This document shows, in pieces, positions 1 through 8,897 of a stretch of 64,000 nt of DNA. A program made the position numbers and the translations under genes. How positions within the stretch are numbered: position 1 is the first letter of the stretch; the number at the start of each line of letters is the position of its first letter. The stretch is from assembly GCA_019358935.1 (NCBI GenBank), contig JAHHIK010000001.1, positions 132,608-196,607 of the forward strand, given 5' to 3'. Origin of the DNA: Tolypothrix carrinoi HA7290-LM1 (GTDB lineage: Bacteria > Cyanobacteriota > Cyanobacteriia > Cyanobacteriales > Nostocaceae). The notes beneath the pieces are model-generated. The model saw only the letters and a program-made list of their open reading frames with translations. It did not search any database and had not been told where the DNA came from.

Positions 1-843
1 AACCCAGCCTCTTCAGTCAAAGACCGCATCGGCATCAGCATGGTGCAGCAGGCAGAAACAACAGGCTGGATTACGCCAGGAAAAACCATTTTAGTTGAGC
101 CGACCTCTGGTAATACGGGGATTGCACTCGCAATGGTGGCAGCAGCGCGTGGCTACAGTTTGATTTTAACGATGCCAGAAACGATGAGTTTAGAAAGACG
201 CGCCATGCTACGCGCTTATGGTGCTTCTTTGGAGTTAACTCCAGGGGCAGAGGGAATGCGAGGCGCAATTCGCAAAGCGGAGGAAATTGTCGCTAAAACT
301 CCCAATGCTTTTATGCTGCAACAGTTCCGCAACCCGGCAAATCCAAAAATTCACCAAGAAACTACCGCCGAAGAAATTTGGGAAGATACAGACGGGGAAG
401 TGGATATTCTCATTGCTGGGGTAGGTACTGGTGGGACGATTACTGGAGTTGCGGAAGTAATTAAAAAGCGCAAGCCAAGTTTTCAGGCGATCGCTGTTGA
501 ACCCAGCAATAGCCCCGTCCTCTCTGGTGGTGAACCAGGACCGCATAAAATTCAAGGCATTGGTGCCGGATTTGTCCCCACTATTCTCCGTACCGAACTG
601 ATTGACGAAGTGATTAAAGTCAGCGACGATCAGGCGATGGTTTATGGACGGCGTTTGGCGAAAGAAGAAGGATTGTTATCTGGTATATCCTCTGGTGCTG
701 CTTTATATGCAGCAATTCAGGTCGCTAAACGTCCAGAAAACGCCGATCGCTTAATCGTCATGATTCAGCCTTCCTTTGGCGAACGCTACCTCAGCACCCC
801 GATGTTCCAAAACTTGGAAGCCGAACCTGCGGCTGTCCGTTAG
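1..843 (+). CDS. cysK: Cysteine synthase A, 5' end outside the window
   Basis: Frame open from base 1 ([14 protein letters not shown] lysine motif); [15 protein letters not shown] and PHKIQGIG motifs. Confidence 0.95.
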   Translation, partial: NPASSVKDRIGISMVQQAETTGWITPGKTILVEPTSGNTGIALAMVAAARGYSLILTMPETMSLERRAMLRAYGASLELTPGAEGMRGAIRKAEEIVAKTPNAFMLQQFRNPANPKIHQETTAEEIWEDTDGEVDILIAGVGTGGTITGVAEVIKKRKPSFQAIAVEPSNSPVLSGGEPGPHKIQGIGAGFVPTILRTELIDEVIKVSDDQAMVYGRRLAKEEGLLSGISSGAALYAAIQVAKRPENADRLIVMIQPSFGERYLSTPMFQNLEAEPAAVR

Positions 844-1026
844 GGAGACAGGGGGACAGGGGGGACAAGGGAGACAAGGGGGACAAGGGGAGCCAGCGCC
901 GTGCGGAGGTTCCCTCCGTTGAGGCGACTGGCGTGGACAAGGGAGAATTTGCTTCCTCATCTCCCTCATCTCCCTCATCTCCCTTATCTTCCCCCACTCC
1001 CCCACTCCTTCACTCCCCCACTCTTC
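844..1026. repeat. STRR-type tracts (GGGGACA/GGACAAG and CTCCCTCAT/CCCCACT) carrying an inserted structured repeat
   Basis: Tandem 7-9-mers between convergent genes. Confidence 0.85.
891..934 (+). repeat. 44-nt structured small dispersed repeat (SDR-like)
   Basis: AGCCAG...CGGAGG-TTC-CCTCCG...CTGGCGT; near-identical copy at 50778-50821, relatives at 3029, 19478 and 45673. Confidence 0.8.
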
Positions 1027-1491
1027 CTAATGGTTACACTTACCTTGCTGATGGTGTTGATGATCGTGACCGTGGGCACAGCCTTGTAGGTCTTGGTTCA
1101 TGAGTTTTTCGCTCATTTCTTGGAGGGATTCATCCGCAGCGGTTAAACCAATCCAAGCATTGATTTTTTCCACATCGAAACCGGCTTCGCGGCGATCGCC
1201 TACTTGAATTAAAGGACGCCGAATTAACAGCGGATCGCGCAGCATCAATATTAAAGCAGTTTGTGCGTCTAGTTTTTCTGGATCTACCTCACCAGATTTT
1301 ACCGCTGGGGCGGCGCGGTTTATCCACTCAACCACAGGGCGATCGCCAAAAAAGGAGCGCAAACGCTCAACTGTCCAAGGTTCAGTTAACAGATTATACG
1401 GCACAACTTCATGACCTGCGGCTGTCAGCAGAGTTTTCTGTTTCGTATTGTTTTTGCAGCCTGGTTTTTCATAGAAAATTATCCTTGCCAT
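1027..1491 (-). CDS. Nitrogenase-associated ArsC/Spx-family protein (NifO-like)
   Basis: FYEKPGC and PLLIRRPL motifs; lies downstream of the cox/fdxB cluster. Confidence 0.85.
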   Translation of the reverse strand: MARIIFYEKPGCKNNTKQKTLLTAAGHEVVPYNLLTEPWTVERLRSFFGDRPVVEWINRAAPAVKSGEVDPEKLDAQTALILMLRDPLLIRRPLIQVGDRREAGFDVEKINAWIGLTAADESLQEMSEKLMNQDLQGCAHGHDHQHHQQGKCNH

Positions 1492-1610
1492 TGAATTATC
1501 TCCTTAATAATTAGATAGATTAGGACTTACGCATTCTCTTTTGCTCTGTTGGTGTTCTTGGCAGTTCGTTCAAGCCATTATCAAAGAATGCATTACGTAA
1601 GTGATTTGGA

Positions 1611-1725
1611 TATAGCAATCCTATCTAATTTGGAAAAAATATTTTTGAGAAACGAACCGCAGAGGCACAGAGAGAACAGAGAAAGAGTAAGAGAGAGTTT
1701 GACGCTATTATTTGGGATTGCTATA
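1611..1725. mobile_element. MITE-like element with 11-bp terminal inverted repeats
   Basis: TATAGCAATCC (1611-1621) and GGATTGCTATA (1715-1725) enclose a CAGAG-rich interior. Confidence 0.6.
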
Positions 1726-1818
1726 TAAACAAAAATCAGTTGAATAGATAGTTACCACCCTAGTGAAATTTTAATTAATATAATTAACTGGTTGCCATTA
1801 ATATTTATCAAATATTAA

Positions 1819-2430
1819 TTAAAACTTTTTCGCAGTTTGAGTACTTATGTCAAACTCAAATCTTTCCTTGGGGTCAGTTTCGCCATAAATATTAAAAGTA
1901 ACAGTTGGTTCATCACCCACCGCTTCTACGCTATGAATTGCATCGGGAGTAAAGCTTATAATATCTCCTGGTTCTAAAGTTATGTCGCCTGTAGTTTCAA
2001 TTTTATCTGGAAATTCTGCATTAGGACTGCGTTGCCAACAAGTAGTTTTTTCTTGTCCTTTTAATACCGCTACTACTCCCCAAGTTCCGTGGTTGTGAAT
2101 TGATGATTTTATTCCTGGTAAAAATGTTACTACTTGCACTGTTAAAGGAAAACCTAATTCATCATACAGTAGTAAAACAGAAGTTCCAGTTTCCGGAGAA
2201 GGCTGTAATTTTTGACTTTGCACCCAATAGGAATTAGTAATCAATCGCCTTACCAACATCCGAATTTCTGGAAGGCGGCTTGATTCGTCGTCAACGTTAT
2301 TAAGAACATCTTCTACCTCAGTTATAAACCGATACAGGCGATAATTCTCTCTTAATAAATCCCATTCTCTAGCTGATTTACATGCTTGATACTGACCGTC
2401 TCCGGTTACAAGCCAATCTTTATTTTTCAT
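1819..2430 (-). CDS. Cupin / cysteine-dioxygenase-like metalloprotein
   Basis: SSIHNHGTWGVV and DAIHSV metal-binding cupin motifs. Confidence 0.8.
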   Translation of the reverse strand: MKNKDWLVTGDGQYQACKSAREWDLLRENYRLYRFITEVEDVLNNVDDESSRLPEIRMLVRRLITNSYWVQSQKLQPSPETGTSVLLLYDELGFPLTVQVVTFLPGIKSSIHNHGTWGVVAVLKGQEKTTCWQRSPNAEFPDKIETTGDITLEPGDIISFTPDAIHSVEAVGDEPTVTFNIYGETDPKERFEFDISTQTAKKF

Positions 2431-2505
2431 AATTTTCAGTATTTGAAGATAGGTTGTGTTTTGTAGTGAGCGCTGTCTTCGCTAAAGCGCTTACTACGAA
2501 GATAA

Positions 2506-2994
2506 TTATTCTTCATCTTCTTCGGCTGGGCGTGTCAAAATATCAAGTATAAGTCCCCCACCAAATTCTTTTTTATCATCAACTTCTTTGACTCTGGCAC
2601 TTATTTCTTTAGCTTGTTCTATCTCTCCCAGCTTTGCTAATACTAATCCAGAAGCGGCGTAAGCGGTTAAATATAGCCTAATTGAGGGGTTATCTTTGCG
2701 ACTAACTAATATTGGCTTTAGTTGTTGCCAATCATCAGGTAGATTTTCGTGATTATGAATTTTCTTTATAACTTTGACTGCCATTTGCAGTGCTAGTAGA
2801 TAATTATTTTTATAGTAAAAATATCTATATGCGGCAATTAAAACGTCTATATTATCTTGTGTTTTAGCTAAAGCTTCCTGCATATACTTTTCTGATTCGG
2901 CGGTATTTTCCCAGCTTTTCGCGGCTAATATCAATAAATTCTTGATATCTTCTGGAACTTGAAACCATGAAAACGCTTCTGAGTCAATTTTCAT
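2506..2994 (-). CDS. Conserved hypothetical helical (TPR-like) protein downstream of the cox operon
   Basis: 162-aa ORF co-oriented with cox genes; amphipathic helices. Confidence 0.7.
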   Translation of the reverse strand: MKIDSEAFSWFQVPEDIKNLLILAAKSWENTAESEKYMQEALAKTQDNIDVLIAAYRYFYYKNNYLLALQMAVKVIKKIHNHENLPDDWQQLKPILVSRKDNPSIRLYLTAYAASGLVLAKLGEIEQAKEISARVKEVDDKKEFGGGLILDILTRPAEEDEE

Positions 2995-3028
2995 AAAAAA
3001 ATCCTTGATGGGGAATGGGTAATTGGTG

Positions 3029-3084
3029 AGCCAGTGCGTTGGGCGGCTTTGCCGACTTGAAGCACCTGGCGAACCCCGAAGGGG
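3029..3084 (+). repeat. Structured small dispersed repeat within STRR tract
   Basis: GCCAG/CTGGC outer stem, CGGC-TTT-GCCG inner hairpin, 3' CCCC-GAA-GGGG hairpin. Confidence 0.7.
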
Positions 3085-3205
3085 TAATGGCTAATGGGGA
3101 AAGAAATAGGAAAAAGGAAAAGAATTATTACTACGTTCCTACTCCCAATTCCCAATTCCCAATTCCCAATTCGCAATTACCTATTACCTATTACCTATTA
3201 CCGAT

Positions 3206-3802
3206 TTAAAACAAGGTGAGAATGTACAGCAAGGAGAAGAGAACAATCCAGATGATGTCTACAAAGTGCCAGTATATTTCTGCCATTTCAATACCAACGT
3301 GCTTGGTAGCAGAATAGTGACCGGGACGACGCGATCGCCACAATACACCTAAAATTAATAACAGTCCTATAAACACGTGCAAACCGTGGAATCCTGTCAT
3401 TAAATAAAAACAGTTGGAAAATACGTTGGTCGTCATGCCGTATCCTAAAGTTAGATACTCAACAACCTGACCAAGTAAGAAAACTGCTCCCATAATTGCA
3501 GTGATGATGTACCACCGCTGCATTCCTTTGACATCATTCCTTTTAATTGCTGCGTCACCAAAATGAATGACGAAACTACTAGAAACCAGAATGATAGTGT
3601 TAATTGTCGGCAATAAAAGCTCTACTTCGGTGTTTTCTGGGGGCCAAACTTCCGTTATTCCTCGAAAGAACAAATAAGCCGCAAAAAAGCCGCCAAACAT
3701 TAAAGATTCAGAAGCAAGAAAGGTCAATAATCCCAATACTCGCAAATCTTGATGTTCGCTGTGTTCTGCGTGATGTTCTGCATTTGATGTTGCGATCGCC
3801 AT
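3206..3802 (-). CDS. coxC: Cytochrome c oxidase subunit III (cox2-type operon, ctaE)
   Basis: FLASESLMFGGFF, TGFHGLHV and YWHFVD motifs; ATG at 3802 preferred over TTG at 3829. Confidence 0.93.
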   Translation of the reverse strand: MAIATSNAEHHAEHSEHQDLRVLGLLTFLASESLMFGGFFAAYLFFRGITEVWPPENTEVELLLPTINTIILVSSSFVIHFGDAAIKRNDVKGMQRWYIITAIMGAVFLLGQVVEYLTLGYGMTTNVFSNCFYLMTGFHGLHVFIGLLLILGVLWRSRRPGHYSATKHVGIEMAEIYWHFVDIIWIVLFSLLYILTLF

Positions 3803-3872
3803 ATTGTTGCAGCTTGAATAAATTTCCAAAAAGAAATCGTAATAAGCGCTATAAGCGCTTACTACGAACTAA

Positions 3873-5564
3873 CTAAGCACTAACTTCGGTCGCACCAGAT
3901 GACGGCAGTTCAGCGCTATGATTATCGATGCCGTAGTCGTAGGGACCGTGAGTGACAACGGGCAATACTTCCCAGTTTTCTACTATTGGTGGTGAACTGG
4001 TTGTCCATTCTAAAGTCAAAGCTTGCCAAGGATTATCACCGGCTTTTGGTCCAGCAATCCAACTCCAAATGACGTTGATGGTGAAGGGAATCACTGAAGC
4101 TGCCAATATAAAAGAACCAACAGTACAAACCTGATTGAGGCTGATAAATTGCGGATCGTACATGGCAACTCTTCGAGGCATTCCTTGCAAACCCAACTCA
4201 TGCATCGGCAAAAATGTCAGATTAGTGCCAATGAAGGTGAGGACGAAGTGAATGCGACCCCAAGTTTCATTCATCATCCGTCCGGTCATTTTCGGGAACC
4301 AATGGTAAATCCCGGCGTAAATACCGAATACGGAACCACCAAATAATACATAGTGGAAGTGCGCCACTACATAATATGTGTCGTGTACGTGAACATCAAA
4401 GGGGGCTGTTCCCATCGTCACACCGCTTAAGCCACCCATGACAAACATGGATAGCAAGCCAATAGCGAATAGCATGGCGCTGGTGAAGCGGATTTTACCA
4501 CCCCAAAGGGTTGCTACCCAACCGAAAATCTTTACGCCAGTGGGAACAGCCACGATGAGGGTGGAGATGGTGAAGAACATCCGCATCCAACCGGGTGTAC
4601 CGCTGGTAAACATGTGGTGTACCCAGACGAACAAACCGACAACGCAGATAGCTACGCTGGAATAGGCGATCGCCTTATACCCAAAAATCGGTTTGCGAGC
4701 GTGTACTGGTATCACTTCGGACATAATGCCGAAAATTGGCAGAATCATCAAATAAACTGCCGGGTGCGAATAAAACCAGAATAAGTGTTGGTAAATTACC
4801 ACATTACCGCCAGCATCTGGTTTAAAGAAGGAAGTACCAAAGTTGATGTCAAACAACAACAGCACCAAACCTGCTGCTAATACAGGTGTGGAAAGAAGCG
4901 CCAAAATAGCGGTTGCTAAAGTTGCCCAACAAAATAAGGGAACTTGATCCCATCTCATGCTAGGGACTTTCATCTTCAAGATGGTGATGACAAAGTTCAC
5001 CGAACCCAAAATTGAAGAAGTTCCCACCAAAACGATCGCTAAAATCCACATCGATTGTGCGGTGTTAGCGGTAACTAAACTTAAAGGTGGGTAAGCAGTC
5101 CAGCCAGATTGGGAACCGCCAAAGAAGAAACTACCGAGAATTAATGCGCCGGCTGGTGGATTTAGCCAAAAGGCGATCGCATTCAACTTCGGGAAAGCCA
5201 TATCTCTAGCACCAACCATCAACGGCACCAGATAATTACCAAATCCCCCAATTGCACTCGGTACAATCCACAGAAAAATCATGATTGTTCCATGATTCGT
5301 CATGAAAGCGTTGTACAAATTGGGATCGAGGAGGTCTGCATCCGGTGTCGCTAATTCTGCACGCATAGCAACAGCCATCAGTCCCCCAATGAGATAGAAG
5401 ACAAATGCTGTAACTAGATATTGGATGCCAATAACTTTATGGTCAACATTAAACGTGAAGTAGTCGTACCATTTCCACGCTTGAGGATGGATCGTATGGG
5501 CACTCACCAATTGATTTTTATTGTCTTCGTGTGGAGTATTCGGTGGAAATTCTACTTGGGTCAT
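3873..5564 (-). CDS. coxA: Cytochrome c oxidase subunit I (cox2-type operon, ctaD)
   Basis: DHKVIG, WFYSHPAVY, VWVHHMF, HFHY and GMPRR motifs; start at MTQVEF. Confidence 0.96.
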   Translation of the reverse strand: MTQVEFPPNTPHEDNKNQLVSAHTIHPQAWKWYDYFTFNVDHKVIGIQYLVTAFVFYLIGGLMAVAMRAELATPDADLLDPNLYNAFMTNHGTIMIFLWIVPSAIGGFGNYLVPLMVGARDMAFPKLNAIAFWLNPPAGALILGSFFFGGSQSGWTAYPPLSLVTANTAQSMWILAIVLVGTSSILGSVNFVITILKMKVPSMRWDQVPLFCWATLATAILALLSTPVLAAGLVLLLFDINFGTSFFKPDAGGNVVIYQHLFWFYSHPAVYLMILPIFGIMSEVIPVHARKPIFGYKAIAYSSVAICVVGLFVWVHHMFTSGTPGWMRMFFTISTLIVAVPTGVKIFGWVATLWGGKIRFTSAMLFAIGLLSMFVMGGLSGVTMGTAPFDVHVHDTYYVVAHFHYVLFGGSVFGIYAGIYHWFPKMTGRMMNETWGRIHFVLTFIGTNLTFLPMHELGLQGMPRRVAMYDPQFISLNQVCTVGSFILAASVIPFTINVIWSWIAGPKAGDNPWQALTLEWTTSSPPIVENWEVLPVVTHGPYDYGIDNHSAELPSSGATEVSA

Positions 5565-5687
5565 AATTTTTCCTTTGTCCAACCGCTTCTTTGAAGTCAC
5601 GCATTCGATAGTCCAAGATGTTTTGACTAATGACCGTTGACTCTTGACTCTTGACTAATAACCGTTGACCATTGACTCTAGAGTTAC

Positions 5688-6069
5688 CAAAAAAATGGGT
5701 CTAAAGCCTCGCCCTTTAGTGACTCCTTTTTGTTGACGGCGAATTGAAAACAGTGGTACTATTTCATACGGAGGTTAGGGTATTCAACCTCTGAAAACAC
5801 CCAGTAGCCGAGAGGCAATGTACCTTGAAAATTAGGCTTAGTGGGTTCCACAAGGTAATGCTCTTGTGGGTAAAAAGTCTAGGCAACAAGCAACAGATAC
5901 CAAAGTTTTGAGGATCTCACAGTACCGAGGGGCACTCGGAAACTGGCTTCTGTAAGGGAGTAAAACGCTTTTGGAGAGATGCTCCTCTGGTGTGAAATAG
6001 GTAACTGTTTCATAGTAAGAGCGCTCATTGAATTAAGAATCTCCGTACCTAAAGGTCGGAGAGTGTCAA
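5688..6069 (+). mobile_element. Non-autonomous IS200/IS605-family (IS891/IS1341-like) element, 382 bp, no transposase or TnpB ORF
   Basis: Follows TTAC; left end CAAAAAAATGGGTCTAAAGCC; right end GAATCTCCGTACCTAAAGGTCGGAGAGTGTCAA (hairpin plus TCAA); no target duplication; removing it restores an in-frame coxB tail. Confidence 0.8.
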
Positions 6070-7050
6070 TGAACTAATCCCCATATCATGAGCGTAGGGA
6101 GCAAGAAACTCTGAAGCTGATAATTCGGCTGGTTTGACTGCAACAGCTTGATTGAGTTCTTGGTTTTGAGCAATTTTGTTTTCTGTCAGCCAGCTATCAT
6201 ACTCATCTTTTGTTTCCACAATTACTTGCGATCGCATTGAACCGTGATAGCCACCGCATAATTCTGTACAAACTATCGGATATGTACCCGGTTTAGTAGC
6301 GACGAATCGCAATTGAGTAGGGATACCGGGAATTGCGTCTTGCTTCAATCTAAATTGCGGTACCCAGAATGAGTGGATAACATCTGTTGCGGACAAGTTG
6401 ATTTGTACGTCGGCACCAACTGGAACGTGTAATTCTCCAGAATTAACGCCACTTTCGGGATAGTTAAATATCCAAGCAAACTGCATCCCGGTAACATCAA
6501 CAACTAAGTCGGCAACTTTGCCTTGTTCAGTCGGAGTTCCACCAATGCCAATTTTCCGCGCACCTGCTGGGGGTACTGGTACTTCCAAATCCGAAGCTGA
6601 GGCATCACTCAATGTAGCTGCGAGTGCGGTTCCCGGCATCTGAGCAACATGAGATGGAGAATGGCTCATAGCCATCATATGTCCGGGTGCTTCAATTCCG
6701 CCCATGCGCGTAAACACATCAACACTGTATATTCCTAAGCAAAGGACAATGATTGATGGAACTGCCGTCCAAAAAACTTCTAAAGGAAGATTGCCCTCAA
6801 TATGGACACCATCAGTATCATCACCTTTGCGGCGACGATATTTAACCGCAAAAATTAAGATGGTTCCTTCTACTATCAAAAACAGAGCGATCGCAATGCT
6901 GAACATGATGTTGAAAAACCCGTCCACCAAAGGCGCTTGTGCTGAAGCTTGCACCGGCAGTAAACTATGGTTTTGACCAAGCCAGATGCTTAAAACTGTG
7001 ACGAATGCCCCAGCAACTAAAGTTAATAATGAAACAGGAATTTCTTGCAT
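6049..7050 (-). CDS. coxB: Cytochrome c oxidase subunit II (cox2-type operon, ctaC); last 6 residues come from the inserted element
   Basis: DVIHSFWVP and CuA motif CTELCGGYHGSM; start at MQEIPV. Confidence 0.95.
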   Translation of the reverse strand: MQEIPVSLLTLVAGAFVTVLSIWLGQNHSLLPVQASAQAPLVDGFFNIMFSIAIALFLIVEGTILIFAVKYRRRKGDDTDGVHIEGNLPLEVFWTAVPSIIVLCLGIYSVDVFTRMGGIEAPGHMMAMSHSPSHVAQMPGTALAATLSDASASDLEVPVPPAGARKIGIGGTPTEQGKVADLVVDVTGMQFAWIFNYPESGVNSGELHVPVGADVQINLSATDVIHSFWVPQFRLKQDAIPGIPTQLRFVATKPGTYPIVCTELCGGYHGSMRSQVIVETKDEYDSWLTENKIAQNQELNQAVAVKPAELSASEFLAPYAHDMGISSLTLSDL

Positions 7051-7575
7051 ACATACCTGCTGTGTACAACATCGTGTTTGTGTGATTTTCTTTCTTTTTA
7101 CCCCAGGATTCATATCCTGTATTGATGTATATCCTAGGCAGGAAAGAAAATAGTTTTCTCGCTTGTGAGAGCATCACAACAAGCAGATTTTTTTGCTTTC
7201 ACCTATATATTTTCTCTGTTTATTATAGAGAATCCGGGAAAAATCTCTATATTTCTTAATATGTTTTGTCCGGCAAAGCTACAACAAAATTTTTGCTTAT
7301 AGTTAACTATAAGCATTCACAAATCAAGTCTCATGATGAAGCATAAAAGAAAAAAGTCAAAAGCATCACCACCGATCTAGGCTATATTAGCAGCAAGTTT
7401 AAATTTGTTAATAGCTGACATTTTTCGATTTCTAGATTGTTTTACTGGTAACTTTTTGCGTACCGCTAAATATTCAGCATTCCCCTTTTGGGTTGGTCGA
7501 GTATTAGATAGGTGGTGGCTTGCCTTTCGGCAAGCGCATTTTCCGGCAATAGCGCTTGAAAAAAGCGCAGAAACC

Positions 7576-7869
7576 TTAATTTACTAAGGCAACATGGGTG
7601 TAGCAATTCTTTGGACAAATTCTTGCACAAGCCTCACAACCAACACAGTTTTCTGGATTAGCCACTGTCATTATTTTGCGTTCGATTTCATCATCATCTT
7701 CATCTTCTACAAGTTCGCCTTCTTCGTTTAGCGCTGCCAAAGATAGTACATTATGCCCGCAAATTTTAAAGCATCTGCCACAGCCAATGCACTTTTCTTG
7801 ATCGATATCTTGAGCAAATTTAGGTGTCCAAGTTTTACCGCCAAATGTCAAGCCTGTTAGTTGTGCCAT
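7576..7869 (-). CDS. fdxB: Ferredoxin III, nif-specific, 2x[4Fe-4S]
   Basis: CIGCGRC and CVGCEAC motifs with an acidic insert; lies between cox genes and patB. Confidence 0.9.
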   Translation of the reverse strand: MAQLTGLTFGGKTWTPKFAQDIDQEKCIGCGRCFKICGHNVLSLAALNEEGELVEDEDDDEIERKIMTVANPENCVGCEACARICPKNCYTHVALVN

Positions 7870-8897
7870 GAATCTACCTCAGCAATTTTGCTTACTAATC
7901 TATCTGGACTCTTATTCTCATCCTAACTTAATCTTAATTAGCTGGCTTTATTATTCACAAATGATTATTTTCTCTATCAATTTTTGATGACTTTTACTTA
8001 TTTTTTTGAGTTTTTTAAGTTATTTGAAACTTTCTAATTGAAACTTTTTACCAATAATTTAAATTAGACGTTGACTGATATCATGCTTATATCGCCTGAT
8101 TCTGCCGATTTAAAGTGAGACGCGAGATTTATCAGAGCAGTCGATTGCTGAAGACTCAAATTCCTTATTTACTGACAAATAGAAATAAATAACTGATGTT
8201 TAATTTGACAATTTTTGGTAAACTTTGTCTGACTGATGATAGTGTTTGTAGAGAAATATGCGTTACCAACTAAAAATAATAAATAGTGTTTAGATATACA
8301 TAATTGCTTTTGTATTAGCTTATGTATATCCGGAATCTATATTGGGCAAAGTAAATGATGTGAAATTTACTTTTTAAGCGATCGCCTACATAACTAAATA
8401 CAAGCTCAATATCATATTTTGGATTCTTTCCATCAATTCAACACATTTAATTTGTCATTAATAACTGTAAATTAGCTAACAAAATAATTACTAAATTTAA
8501 TTATTAATAATATTAATAAGTGCGATACAACCTATCACTAAAAAGCTAAATGTTCGTTAATAACAATTATGAATTTTTATTATGTTCAACAAGCAAATGT
8601 TTATATATATCCGATGATGTAAGATATTAAAAAATATTTCTAAGCTCCGAAGTGAACAACGTTATCTTAAGATTAGTGAAATATATATTTAATAAATAAG
8701 TAATATTAGGCTTTAGTTAAAAGCGTTTATAGCATTCAGTTGGATGCAAAGTACTTAATATGGATGTTTCTTGATTAATTTGGCAAGATAATATTCTTGC
8801 AGTCGAAATATTGTGGTGGTGAGTATTAAAGAAAGTAAATACATCCATTCTTAGACTTGAGCCAGATATCGAGAGCGAGTAGAGTGGCAATTGCCGT

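Noticed and set aside
751..1089. ORFs with PCPPC, GDKG or MGIG repeats (also near 2991, 15339, 19310, 36402, 45338-45893, 50645, 53276 and 54409)
   Set aside because: Translations of STRR and SDR repeat DNA, not credible genes.
5688..6069. Autonomous IS or intact tnpB
   Set aside because: Only 382 bp with no ORF; just the ends remain.
7870..8897. NtcA, CnfR or DIF1 sites in the fdxB-patB intergenic region
   Set aside because: TCCGGA at 8329 lacks a correctly spaced downstream element, and I found no convincing GTA-N8-TAC by eye; sites may exist but I cannot support them.
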